Below, piece by piece: positions 13,001-25,263 of a stretch of 64,000 nucleotides of DNA. The position numbers and the translations under genes are program-made. Within the stretch, counting starts at the first letter, position 1; each line of letters begins with the position of its first letter. The notes beneath the pieces are model-generated. The model was not told the DNA's origin. It did not search any database and saw only the letters and a list, made by a program, of their open reading frames with translations. This DNA comes from Cyanophora paradoxa CCMP329 (Eukaryota > Plantae > Glaucophyta): contig QPMI01000671.1 in NCBI GenBank assembly GCA_004431415.1, forward strand, positions 111,172 to 175,171. Reading direction: 5' to 3'.

Positions 13001-14246
13001 GCGCGGCGGCGCCGGCGGCCTCGCCGCCGCTGCCGCAGCCGGCGGCGGACCTGCTGGCGGTCTCGAGCGAGGACGGCTCCGACCGCTGGCTCCACGACTG
13101 GTCCGCGGGCGGCAGCTCCGCGAGCCCGCCCCGCGCCGCCTCCGACGCCTCCTCGGCCCGGCGCGCCCTCTCGCCCCACTTCCTCCCCGCCCCGCGGGCC
13201 GGCTCCCCCTCGGCCTCGGACTCGGCCAGCGGGGCCGCCTCCTCCTCCGCCGAGTCGCAGCCGCTCTCGCAACACCTCCTCCCGCTCCTCGGGGGCGAGG
13301 CAGCGGGGAGGGCGGCGGCGGCGGGGCTGGACCCCGCGGAGGTGCGGCGGGCGGAGGCGGCCCCCGACCTGGCCGCGTACCTCGAGGCGGACGAGAGCGG
13401 GGAGGGCGGGGCCGGGGACGCCGCGGGGCGCTTCCTGCGCCTCAGCCGGGAGGTGGAGGCGCTGGACGAGCTGCTGGAGGCGGCGGCGGCGCGGCTGCGG
13501 GAGGGCGGCGGGCGCGAGCTCGAGGAGGGCCTCGAGGACGAGCTCCGCGACTTCACCGAGGAGCTCGTCGGCCTGCAGCCGGCCCTCCCCTCGCCGCCCC
13601 CGCCGGGCTCCGCCGCCCCCGCCCTCGACCTCCGCGCCGCCTTCGAGCAGCGCCAGGCCAGCTTCATCGAGCGCTCCCGCCAGCGCGTCGCCCAGGCCCG
13701 CCCCGCGCCCCCGCCCCCGCCCGCGGCGCCCTGACCCCGCCCCGACCAGATCCGCCGGCGCGCAGACGGCTCCGAGGCGCGCCGGGCCCCGCGGCCCTCG
13801 CAGGCAGCGCCCCCCGCGCGGAGCCGCGGCGCAGATGGGGGCGCGTCGGAGTCCCCACCTCATGCGGAGGGCGGCGAGGGGCGGCAGGGGGGCCCGAGCT
13901 GGCGGCCCTCCCCACCGTCGGGCAGCATCGACATGCGCGCGGCCCGCGAGCGTACCGCCCGCCACTACCAGAACCTCCCCGAAGTCAAAAAGGTCCGTTA
14001 AATCGTTGGCCCGTCTCACTTGCTCCCTCTAAATTGAGCCGCACACCGTGATGGGCAGATGCGGGAGGAGCGGGAGCGGCGAGAGCGACTGCTGGCCCTG
14101 CGCGCCAAGGTCAAGGCCCTCGACGAGGTGCGTCCAAAAACACCCCCCCCCCTCCCCCCCCCCCCCCCCCCCCTCCTTCCCCGGGACGACGTCTCTGACA
14201 CCCGCTGCGGCAGAAGCTGAAGTCGCGCGGGGCGAAAAGACTTTGA
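7025..14246 (+). CDS. CEP295/Ana1-like centriolar protein (conserved N-terminal coiled coil, long low-complexity middle, C-terminal ALMS motif)
   Basis: N-term LSEQERERYVKLEEQRLRQLRLKQ-VREQDRLFA...AIRRVGASHMQAAE resembles CEP295 (RLLQVREQE...MGEGHRQAKE). C-term RERTARHYQNLPEVKK-MREERERRE...LDE-KLKSRGAKRL* fits the ALMS motif. Apparent 1-nt frameshift near 10120. Confidence 0.68.
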
Positions 14247-14262
14247 CAAAAGTCATGATCTG

Positions 14263-14520
14263 CATTGACGTGACATGTGATGTTCGCTAGCTGTCAACTA
14301 GGGGCACATCTCATGATCAGTGATATCTGTGATACGCTGGGCAACAATATTAATGAGTTGGCTATAGCTATTAACGAAGATCGAGTTCGCTCTATCAGTC
14401 GAGTGTGGCCCTTTCCCAAGGGCTCGGCCATTCGAATTCCACCGGCCATATACCATGAGGCCCAAAGATGAAGCAATTCGACTCCCCGAACCCGAAGGCA
14501 TGGCGATTAGTTGGCCTGAC
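14263..14520. repeat. Degenerate dispersed repeat; pieces recur at about 40145-40230 and 47939-47974
   Basis: ttgacgtgacatgtgatgttcgctagc at 14265 and 40145; aagatcgagttcgctctatcRgtcgagtgYggccctt at 14377 and 47939. Confidence 0.7.
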
Positions 14521-14996
14521 CATCATGGACCTGACAACCGTTGAACTATGATCATGACAGACTCGGGATCAAGAATCACTGAGTCATTCATTGAATAATA
14601 TATTGAATTCGTCTCTAGCTCTGCGCATCACATGTACAGTGTCTCTGCGCATGAGCATGCGCAGCACCGTAGTATAGCCTGCTGGCGTGCGCAGTGTCAC
14701 GCTGTGACAGTCTCACTGAGTCAAGCCTTGATCATGAAGCTTGAAGCTTGACGTCGACTCCAACTTTAAATTTGGCCAAACTTGAAATGTGGGAAAGGTG
14801 CCCGCGGCCCCATGGCCAGCTCGCCGCGCGAGTCGGCTCGGCGTCCACCGTGACTGTACGTCATGATCAGACCACTACCATTAATAATATAATAATTAAT
14901 CTCACGACATCGAGTCCGACGGGCTCTAAATGGAAGTTTAAATTATCATGTACTGCAGTATGATCATGACTTTGTGATGACATGAAAATTCAATAA

Positions 14997-17900
14997 TTAC
15001 ACGATGCATCCTAGTGCTGCATCTTGACTATCGGGCTGGGGGGCAGCGCTCAGGACACTCAAAAGAGCTCCCGAAATCTCGCTGCAATCGCTGCTGGATG
15101 CTGTGGGGGAAGTAATGGCATAGATAGTGTCACCTAAAGGGCGTGCATAAATCCCCATCTTGAGGAGCGCAGCGCAAATGCTAGCCGCTGCACTTGAAAG
15201 ATAGCCAGCATCATGACCTGCAATCTGCACTGCAAGAACAGAGCCAATGGAGATGAGACGCTTGACACGTTTGTGTCTTGTCAGTCTTTCAATATCGAAC
15301 GGATTCCAGTGTCCAGCTAGTGCGAAACTCGACTTGTGCGTTTCGTAAAACTCCAGACTGTGCAAAGCTGCAGCACAGCCCGCTGGGTTTGCCCTGGACA
15401 GATCCAACATTTGCAATGACGAAAAGATGAATGTGCAGGGGAGGCATACGTGTAAGAATGTCCATGCAGGAGTGCATTTGCTTTGTCGCCCAGGAATGTA
15501 GAAAACACCTGAGCAAAATCACAGTGACGCACAGTATGGATAGCAGTTTTCGAATGAATGAAGACGTTGCAGCGCTTACTTCTTCGGTTGTCAGGGTGAC
15601 TGCCAGAGGAACTGATCCCCCTGTTAGCAGCTTGGCATGGCATGAGATGTCCGGATTGAATCCAAGGAGGTCCCGGCCTGCAATGCCCGAGAGTCAGTTC
15701 GCACATCGCACAACTACGCCTTGAAAGTTCACCAGCGCTCTCTACACCCAACCGCCAGAAGCCCACGAAAACCTTCTTGTAATGAATATGCAAAGGATGT
15801 CATTGAAACGTATCACCACACCATACCTCATCAAAGATTACGGGTATCCCCCGCCGCCTGCAAATCTGAGCAAGCATTTTGTGGAAACTGGGGTCAACAA
15901 ACAGCATGCCCCCAGCTCCTTGCAGGACAGGCTCTATTACAAGAGCTGCTGGTTGCATGCCCTCCTTGACAGCCTGAAGGCATTGGATTCGGTTGGTTAG
16001 ACGGATGATGTAGCATTTGTTTTACAGGGCAAGATCGTACTTTGTCAAGCGAATCATCGATGAGTTGATGATACACTTGTAAGATCGATTCCGGTGCAGA
16101 AGATGCGAAAAGGGCTTCAAGAGACGGGGCCGACCAGCTCAAACTAGCGAAGCAGAAATGAGCGGTTTTGGAGCGGCATAGAGCTGACTGGCACACCTCG
16201 TAGGATTTCTGGTGAAGCTGGTTGGAACCGTGACATGCCACTGCTTGTCTGCACCAAAGCTGCAACATGGTGGCTCAAAGAACACACCACGCCCTGAGTA
16301 CCACGGGTGTTGCCTACTGGCAGGCTTAGTCAAGAAAGCTTTGCTGTTCACGATATCCTTTGCTAACCGTGCAGTGAAAGGCGAAGGGGCAACTGCCTCC
16401 ATGGCGCCTAGAGTGTCACCATGGTATGCTCCATGAAGTCCAACGACAACCAGAGAATTCATCTCCTCGTGTTTAATGTCCTTGTCCACGGCGTACTTTC
16501 TGAAAGCCATCTGCATGTAGCTTAGATTGAACTAACAACTTGGCCAGACCAGACTCACCTTCAAGGCGATCTCAATTGCAGTGCTGCCATTGTCAGAGTA
16601 GAACACTCTTGATGCCCATGGAGAACCTACACCCTTCAAGAGTTTATCCGCAAGCCTGAAGGCCGGGTCATGCGTGTTGTTCGGGAACAACACATGTCCA
16701 TATCGCCCAATCGCAGCTGCCACGGCCTGCACGAACTGATGATCAGGCCAGACAGTTTGACGACTCTAAAACATGCAAACAACGCAATTGCCGGGCATAC
16801 CTTGCTCATGCTTGGGTTCCCATGGCCGAGCCCATTGGTCCACCAAGATCCGCAAGCTTGAGAGTGTACTCAGATATTTCAAGTGAATCTGGAAAGCTAG
16901 ATAGTAGCGTACCATCAAATTTCGGACAAATGGTGAATGACGGTTCGGCAATGTGAAGTTTCTCTCCAAGTGCCGAGTCAATCACCATTGGAGGCTGTGT
17001 TTGTGAGTGCTGGGTGAAAGGCCACCAAAAGATTTCAGAGCTCCTCCTCTGAGCACTGGTGAGCTAGAGAAATCAGGCATCAGGGATGAAAACAGACCTG
17101 CATTTGTTCAATGTGCTCGATTCGACTTTGATGTGTTGCTTCGAGATGTTGGTGCAGGGCAGAAAAGGTGGGCCTGCACTTTTTGAACCTGCTCAAACCA
17201 TCAAGGTTAGTTTTATAAGTTTTCGGAAACAAGTGCAAACACTGGAATGCATATACCATGAAAGAAGTCCCTCGTCTAATCTGTGCATGGTGTCGCTGGT
17301 AAACGACGGGACTGTCTCTGGCGGAGGGGGAGGCGGAGCCACGAAGATAGAAGTGGAACTCTCGAGTTGCCGTTCAATCGACTGATGATTGCGGAGGGGA
17401 CCATCAAACAAGCAGACTGCAGCAACATCAAAGCCCCGAATCTGATCACTGAATCAGTGTGGATGAGCACGCGTAGATTTTGAGTATACGAACCTGCAGT
17501 GACTCGATTGAGGAAAGCGTAGTTGAAATTCCGCCGAGCTTAGCGTCCCCAATTAGCATGACGGGCATCCGATACTGTCGAAATACATCCGCCTGTAAAT
17601 TTCCAGAGGGCGCCTGGATTTCACAGCGCGAGTCAAACTCCTCGCTCTTATGCGTAGCTGCATGAAGTGGGCACGAACCGGGCTAAGCACTCCTCCAGCT
17701 CCTTCGACAAGTACACAACTTCCCGCAGCGCCACCAAGGTCTCCAGAGAAGCCTTGCACCGCGTGTGCGATGCTCGAGATAATAGTTTCGTCACTAACCA
17801 GTGAGCCTTCGTCTCTTGCGGCTAGATCAGGCGACACCTGCGGCGGAGAGGCGGACTCAGAAATTGCGTGCTCGAGCAACGCGTGAGACGTACGGGCGTG

Positions 17901-18206
17901 CGCCATGCGTACAGCACGCGCGTACGCAGGTCGGGCCTCAAGAAAGAGCTCTCAGCCAACGCCGCGCGAAGCGCATAGGTGCGCACAAAGCGCTCGTCGG
18001 ACGTCTGCAGGAAAACGTCAGCGGCCTAGGACCCCGATTGCGGCAGCGAGGCGCGCCTGCGGATGACCAGTCTGGCAAGGCTTAATGTAAAGTGTTGGTC
18101 TGCCGTCGAGGACTGCGGCAAGGGTCGCGCCAGTGGCCCAGAGCGTCTTGCCCACGTCAGTGTTGGAGCCGAGTACATAGCTTGCGCGCGTTTTGAGCGG
18201 TAGCAT
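14997..18206 (-). CDS. BIO3-BIO1: Bifunctional dethiobiotin synthetase / DAPA aminotransferase (BioD-BioA fusion)
   Basis: VLGSNTDVGKT P-loop, YIKPCQTG, VLVEGAGGVLSP, KLGGISTTLSS, IFWWPFTQH, RVFYSDNGSTAIEIALK, AYHGDTLGAMEA, LLHGHSY, IYARPLGDTIY. Confidence 0.95.
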
Positions 18207-18449
18207 TGCGCGCAAGCCCGCCGCGACCGCGTACACGTCCCGACGCTGCTCGCGGGGCCGAACACCAGCGCCCGCGGCCGCCAAACTTGGTTGCGCTCGC
18301 TGCGCGGACTGCTGACGTTGAATTTTATATGCGCTCAGCAGTGTTGGCGCTCGGTGCCGACGGCTCCGACGGCTCCGACGGCTCCGACCGGCTTGGCGGC
18401 TCGATCGTCCCGGGTACACGGAGCCACGGTTTGACCGCCATTCGGCACG

Positions 18450-20121
18450 ATGAGCGCAAAGCGCCAGGCGACTAGTCAGCTGAGCAAAGATCGTCCCGAG
18501 GAGGACGAGAACGGCGACGAGCAGGAGATCACAAACGATTTCCAGCGCGCCGACGGCGACACCCTCGCGAAGCGCAAGTGAGTTATACTGCTTCGAAACA
18601 TGCGATGCGCGACTCCCAAGTTCTGACTGAAGCGAATCCCACGAGCAGGATCGTGAAGGTCCGCCGTCCGGTGCGTCTGCCGCCCACGCCAACGAGTCGC
18701 GCAGCGCGCGCATTGACGAACCTTTGCGCACAGGCACGGCCTGAGGGAACTGGCTCAGCGAGCTCTGCATTCGCGGCCGCGTTTAGCTCGCTGCCAGCGG
18801 CGCCCGCCGAAGCCCCGAAACCTGCAGCCGGTTCCGCCGAAGCTCCAAAGCCTACGGAAGAAGCGAAACCCGCTGATGGCGCTAAGCCTGCTGCGGAACC
18901 CCCCGCAGAGAATGCCGCGACAGCCGCAGCCCGCACGTCAACAGGCTCAACGGCTGGAGGAGCGTCAGACGCCGCGAGCACAAAGGAGGGTGGTACGCCA
19001 GTGAAGACTTCGGGCGCAGCACCTGCCGAAGCTGCAAAGGAAGCTCCTGTTAACACTTCCACGGAGTCGAGCTCAGAAACGAAACCTGCGGTTGGCTGCC
19101 TCCCATGCCCCTCGTGCGTATGCTGAAGTTGCGAGCTCTGCAGATGGACGCATCCAAGCCAGCAGGGTTCGTGTTTGGAAGCTCAGCTGCCGGCGGCTTC
19201 TCGTTCTCCTTCGCCAACCCGCCTGGAGGTCCACAACTAACTCATTCCAAACATTCATGCACTCACACAGACATTCTTCAGGTCCATCGACAGGGTCATT
19301 CTCCTGGTCCGCCCCCAGCACGTTCAACTTCGGGGCCGCGGGATCTGGCGCAACCAGCAAGGTGCAACATGGCAACCAGCCAAGCTGTGCACCTCCAGCT
19401 AAACTCTGCACAGAAGAAGGATGATGACGAAGAGGGCGGCGATGATGGTGCAGATGGAAACCCTGAGGAAGAGGTCAAACACGGTCAGTGTGCTGCTGCT
19501 GTGCTTTCATCACATTCTCTAATGTGTAGTCAGACTTCACAGTGAAGGATCCTCCAAAGATGGCAGATACCCCTCAGCAGACTGGCGAGGAGGACGAGAC
19601 CGTCGCCTTTCAGCTGCGGAGAGCAAAGCTGTTCGTGCTGGAGAAAGAATCGAAGCAGTTCCGCGAGACTGGAGTTGGCCCAGTGCGAGTGAATGGTGAG
19701 TGAAAGAACCATATGGTGGCTTTGCATACAGCCAACATGCCTGCAGTGCACAAAACTTCTACTCGTTCACGGGTCATCATGCGTGTGGAAGGAAGTGGCA
19801 GGCTCATCCTCAACGCCCCAATCTTTGAGAAGGTAGCTTTTAGATTAGTCAAGAGCTGGATGCCGATCGCTGAGAACCCCAGCAGATGATTGTTGACAAG
19901 GTGACTGACAAGCAAGTACGAGTTCAGACAGTTGTTGCTGGGGAGGACGGGTCTCCGACCCCCGCAACATACCTCATCAGGGTACGAATATGGACCAGTA
20001 GAAATGAGGAACTTGCACACATGCTGAAAAAGAATTTCAGGTTGCAAGCAAGACTGACGCCGAGGATTTGATTGCCAAGATTCTGGAAATCAGAGATAAG
20101 GCCACACCTGTAGGCCTGTAG
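18450..20121 (+). CDS. NUP50: Nucleoporin NUP50/Nup2 (N-terminal importin-alpha-binding motif, FG-like region, C-terminal Ran-binding domain)
   Basis: MSAKRQATSQLSKD...FQRADGDTLAKRK-IVKVRRP; FVFGSS/FSFSF/FNFG motifs; TGEEDETVAFQLRGAKLFVL...FRETGVGPVRVN...RVIMRVEGSGRLILNA. Confidence 0.88.
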
Positions 20122-20894
20122 CTGGCCGCACCTCCCTTTTCCATCAGACGGGGGCCCTCGGCGTCCCTGTGGGTTACAAAGCGCGAGTGAGATCCTGTGC
20201 GCCTGTAGCGTCTAAAGAGCATGAGGCTGCGCAGCTGTAGCAAGCTTTTGGACAGGAATTTAAATCACAGCTTCTGGGCTACATGCATGGAAAGTGTGCA
20301 ATGCAGCAAAGTGCCGTGGGCCCACCCCCCCTGAGTGCTTGTGGGTAGCGCTGCCAGGCTGCATTGTGTTCGCGAGCTATGGGCGCTTTTTCCTGAATCA
20401 AACAAAGAATTCGAAGCAAGCTAGCTATAGCTATAGCTATGAATAAAAAAGCCGTCAAATCGATTGCAAAGCCTCGGTTTTCTCCTGGAAAGTCCGGCAT
20501 GCGCATGTGCAGCGCTTCCTAGGCCGGGCGCCTGGCTATAGCTAGCGCTGCAGCTGACACGTTTAATTATTCAGGCTTTCAGCGCCGCGGCGCTCAGCGG
20601 CTTCCGGGCAGAGATCGAGTATTCCGAAGTTCTCGCCAAACTTGAAAGAAAGCCCAGATCTGCCCAGATCTGCCAAGCCGGCACCTCAGGGCCTGGCAAG
20701 CTTGAGAAGGTTGACGAAGTGTGGGCCTTCGGGTCCTTCGCCTTCGGTCTTGGCTATTAATATTGTGTGGTACTCGACCTTGCAATTGCATGATCATGAC
20801 GTGTATACGTACGTATACGTATACGTATACGTACGTATATATACGTACGCGTACATGTAAATACTCAGCAAGCCTCGCAGGATGATGATCATGA

Positions 20895-21069
20895 GCGTTA
20901 TAGCTAGCAGGCGCCTGTCATTGTGTCTGAGATCTCTCTCTAGATCTGTCCCTCTTCACCTTCGTCCCTGGGTCCTCGAAGTCCGCAGGGACGAGGACCC
21001 AGGGACGAAGGTGAAGAGGGACAGAGAGAGATCTCAGACACACTGACAGGCGCCTGCTAGCTATAACGC
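20895..21069. repeat. Long near-perfect inverted repeat (arms about 80 bp, 13-nt loop)
   Basis: 20895-20978 is the reverse complement of 20992-21069 except one mismatch and a 6-nt insertion. Confidence 0.93.
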
Positions 21070-21267
21070 AGGGACGAGCCCTCGGAGGCACGAGTTCTAG
21101 ACTCTTGAGACGACTTTGTTCAACGGATTTCGATCTGAACCTCCGTGCCCCCGGGGCGCCGGCAGGCTGACTCCATGTCGCGTTCCTATAGTGCAAATGG
21201 GAGCCAGGGACGAAGGTGAAGAGGGGCATGTAAACGGCTGAGAGGACTCGTCTGATCATGAGTTCTA

Positions 21268-21513
21268 GGCCCGCGGCACTTTGCTACAGTGCACACTTTC
21301 CATGCATGTAGCCCAGAAGCTGTGATTTAAATTCCTGTCCAAAAGCTTGCTACAGCTGCGCAGCCTCATGCTCTTTCGACGCTACAGGCGCACAGGATCC
21401 CACTCGCGCTTTGTAGCCCACAGGGACCCCGAGGGCCCCCGTACGCGTCTGATGGAAAAGGGAGGTGCGGCCAGCTACAGGCCTACAGGTGTGGCCTTAT
21501 CTCTGATTTCCAG
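21268..21513 (-). repeat. Inverted copy of the NUP50 last exon and 3' UTR (about 20083-20322)
   Basis: About 245 bp reverse-complement match including ctggaaatcagagataaggccacacctgtaggcc and ggacaggaatttaaatcacagcttctgggctacatgcatggaaagtgtgca. Confidence 0.92.
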
Positions 21514-21803
21514 ATGCTAGTCTTGGTATTGGTGCCTGATGCAATTGCAGGTGGCCAGGAACTGTATGTAAACGGCTGAGAGGACTCGTCTGAGTTCTAG
21601 ACTCTTGAGACGACTTTGATCAACGGATTTCGATCTGAACCTCCACGCCCCCGGGGCAGGCTGACTCCATGTCGCGTTCCTATAGTGCAAATGCTGCAAA
21701 CACAGGACCCAGCTCGCTTGTGGGCTAGCGCTGGGCGTGGCAACGGTGCCGCAGTATACACCCCTTGGGAATTAAATTTTCGCATCAATTTCCAGCTAGA
21801 TCA

Positions 21804-23142
21804 TCACGGGCAGCCGATCGAGTCACGAGTGGCGATGCCAGTCTTGTTATTGGTGCCTGATGCAATTGCACACAGGCGCTTGAAGTTCTGGCTCTGGAGA
21901 GGTCCGGTTTGAAACGAGACATTGTAGATTTGGATTCGAAATGGCACGTACATCGATGGTGCTGTCCTCAAACAGAGCGCCTGAAATGAGAATTTTAGGA
22001 AACAAAGCACAAGAAGAGCAGAGTAGCAACATTGAGACATATTCGAGGTGGTATCGAACCTGTTATGTCTGCACCGTCGAAGACGCTGCCAGCCAGGACA
22101 GAGTTGGAGAAATCCACCTGTTGCTGGGTTTCAAGAGAAAGGGACAACTTGAAGCAGTAGAGGGTAAACCTGTTTCAGATTTGCCCCCGAAAAGTTGACC
22201 CTGACAGGCGGAGGACGTGATCCACAACCAGCCAATACAGCTTTACAAAAAGTTGGAACGGAACTGACCTGTCAACGATCGCAGTGGTCATCGTGGCCCC
22301 CTCAAAGTTGGCCTTGCTCGCATTTGACTGGAGCACGGCAATCACGAGTCTCATGCAAGGATTTTGGCCGGGCAACCCAAACCTTCGTCATCTTTACGTT
22401 GGTCAACGTGGACCCCGAAAAATTGGTACCCTCGAAAAGGACACCCCTGCTGAAAGTGAGCAGCTGCGCTACTTGCGGATATCTGGGCACATCCTCACCC
22501 AAGTGCAGCCCCATCCAGATTACGGTTACTGAAGTCGCACCCCGAAAAATTCAGGACCTTGTCGCGCTCGGCATTGGCAAGTCCCGAATCATAGCTGAGA
22601 ATGCGAAATCAGAAGCTGGGGTCAGTTATGGGCACGTCCCGGAATGCAGTCATGGCCGGTGTGTCATGCAGAACAGCGTACGTGGTCTTCTCGATTTCTT
22701 CGCATGGCGTCTGTAAAAGCCTGGATTAGAAAGAGGTGACGCGACGGCTGGCTTCGCTGGTGCTGCCAGTGCGGCGGGGACCCCGCCGCACTGGCAGCAC
22801 CTTCCCCCAGGTGAGGCGCACGAACCTTCGCTGGTGCTGCCAGTGCGGCGGGGACCCCGCCAAATCCAAGCACTAGCGCGGCACATGCTGCGGCGACGAA
22901 GCGCCCCGCCGTCTCGTGGCTCGACTCGACAAACGCCTCGCAGCGCGCGGCCTCGAACGTGCGGCGGCGCTCGGCCGGCGTGCGCTGGACGGGCGTACTC
23001 GGCGAGATTGAACATCCGGCGAACGAGGACGACAGACGCGACGACGCTGACCTGCACCGTGGCACGAGCCGTAAACGATCGCACGAGGGGCAGCGCTTCG
23101 TGCGCACCCGGAGAACACGTTGACCGCCAGCGCAAACGCCAT
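21804..23142 (-). CDS. Thylakoid-lumen pentapeptide-repeat protein (TL17-like)
   Basis: Bipartite targeting (MAFALAVNVF..., hydrophobic stretch ending ALA-AP), then LNFSGCDFSNRNLDGAAL, GVLFEGTNFSGSTLTNVKMTK, ANFEGATMTTAIVDR, VNFSGANL, FKRLCAIASGTNNKTGIATRDSIGCP*. Confidence 0.85.
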
Positions 23143-23337
23143 GTTTGATGCTGGCTTCGGGGCTCGTCTAGGATGTTTGCTTGAACAGGGTACAGTCTCT
23201 TCTAGTGCGAACCAGCTAGCCGCTATCCCGCGCAGATCCAGTTTGGACCAGACCCTTATTTTGACGTGTATAGCTCGCCGCTCTCGAGTAGTGCTCGCCG
23301 CACCCTCGCGATCAACTTTGCTCCGCCCGGCGCCTGG

Positions 23338-24015
23338 ATGAAGATCCTCACGCACAACATGTTGTGCGCTTTTAGCTAACTTGTGAGCTCGATAGATTGC
23401 GCTAACGCGCGCCGCAGGATGTGCAATGTGAAGGTGTGTCTGGCGTCCGGCGCGCCCGAGCGTGCTGAGCGCGCCGCGCAGGGCTGCGACAAGGGAAACT
23501 TCCCATTGCGAATAGAGCTTTCGGAGCCGGTCTCCATACAAGAGACAGAGTTCAACGAGGACTTCGCTCGGCGGCTGATCGGCAAGGTGGACTGGCCTGC
23601 GCTGGCCGAGACTGCGGCGGCTCTTGGTCTGTATGACAAGGTACGCATCTTATTGTAAAAGATGCATCGAAGGCAAGCGAAGTCGTGCAGCTGGGGATTC
23701 CGGAGCTGCCAAGCACCCCGCCAGAAGCCGCGACTGCGGATGACGCTTTACTGAAGGCCATGCACCGCGTCTTGCTCGAGGTGCTTTACTTTTGAGTGAC
23801 CCATAGAGGTTCGTGCTGACTTCTTGACGCTCCTCTTGGCGGTCCAGGTGCAGGTGATCGAGGGAAAGCTCGTGTGCAACAACTGTGGCAAGGCCTACAG
23901 TGTTTCGAAAGGTACTTGCCCGAATCTAAGCTTTATGTCGCGTTTGTGGTACTGATGTCCTCCTTGCTCATTATCAGGCATTCCAAACATGCTCCTCACA
24001 CAGGATGAACTATAG
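23338..24015 (+). CDS. TRM112: Methyltransferase activator TRM112
   Basis: MKILTHNML-CNVK-GCDKGNFPLRI...ETEFNEDFARRLIGKVDWPAL...HRVLLE-VQVIEGKLVCNNCGKAYSVSK-GIPNMLLTQDEL*. Confidence 0.95.
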
Positions 24016-24280
24016 CATTTGGACACGAATTCAAACCGCAAGTCCGGGCTACAAGTGTGGGAATGTACACTGCGGCCGCCGCGACCGCGGGCTCAGCCCA
24101 CCAGCGTTCTGGGGGGGGGGGGGGGGGCTCGGGCGGTGGCGGGAGCCCCGATGGGCCCTTGGGGGCCCGACATGGAGTCAGCCTGCGGCGGGGGCGAAAA
24201 AGGGGTAAAAAGGTCTTGATATCCAATTGCAAATCGAAGCAAATGGGGGCGCACTCGATCGACGAGCCTCCCACCCAGAG
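24014..24280 (+). mobile_element. Dispersed repeat family A, internally deleted copy starting at the TRM112 stop codon
   Basis: AGCATTTGGACACGAATTCAAACCGCAAGTCCGGGCTACAAGTGTGGG... ending GAGCCTCCCACCCAGAG, like the 33812 copy. Confidence 0.85.
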
Positions 24281-25263
24281 ACGTAATCGTAATCGTAATC
24301 AAAGACGTCCAACCCCTCAGGGCCTAATCGTAATTGTAATCAACTGGCAATGACGTCGAACGCGAGCCCCCCGAGCCCGAAACCGATCGCGAGCCTGGGC
24401 GCTGGCTCAGCTAGGGGGAGCCGATGGCCGTACGCGTCCCCGGCCTGCGGAACCGGTTAACGTTGTGTCACAGTGTTATAATTAATGTTGCTCGAGGGCG
24501 ACGTGGTGGAGCTCGCCGCGGCGGCGCGGCCCTGTACATGCGCTAAGCTTATTTAAGGTCAAGGTCAAGGTCCTTTACCTGGCCCCTGCCTTCTGTACCA
24601 GCACGCAAGCATCAGCATCGCCAGTCCAGTGAAACAGGAACATGCACATGCGCAGTTGATGTGCACTGCGGCACGTGCATGCACAGTTCATGCCTCTTTG
24701 AAGACCGTCGGACATAATCAGGCCTAGTACACGTACACGTACACGGTACATGTGGGCGGCGACGCGGCTGCAGTGACGCGTACGTCGACATTGCGTTTCA
24801 AGTTTCAACTTGGCAATTCGCGGTTGGAGAAACTTGAAATGAGTCTAGAATAAATTAATAACGTTAACGTTAACACGTTTAATTTCAAGTTGGAGAAATG
24901 AGCTCGATCGCGAGTCTAGATCTTCTCCGATCCACGGGCCCGGCCGCGGCGGCCCGGGGCCATGGCCACCTTTCGAATTCGCCGCGGCGCGATATCATAT
25001 AGTATCGCCGAGTCGATCAAGCGTCTTCCTTGATTAATTATTACCTCGAAATTCCTTGATTAATATTACCTCGAGAAACTTTAATTGTAGCCCTGAGCAT
25101 GAAGTACTAGTCATTAGCCGGCGCAGTGCATGCGCACGTGCATGTGCAATTGAACTAACGGTTGCGCCGAAAACGTACCCCAGAGCTCCGTCCCATTCGA
25201 ATTCGACAGGCCTCAGATACAGCTGGCCTCCATTTCGCTGATTGCGTTCCAGCATTCCAAGCC

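Noticed and set aside
8088-14051. Many long overlapping Arg/Gly/Pro-rich ORFs on both strands (also at 48-64 kb)
   Set aside because: Expected from stop-codon scarcity in very GC-rich DNA; they are shadows of the spliced genes.
14997-18206. BioD-BioA fusion as a novelty
   Set aside because: The BIO3-BIO1 fusion is well known in plants, algae and fungi.
18357-18390. (CCGACGGCT)n tandem repeat in the BIO3-BIO1/NUP50 promoter, and the short duplication at 58756-58871
   Set aside because: Simple local duplications with no evidence of function.
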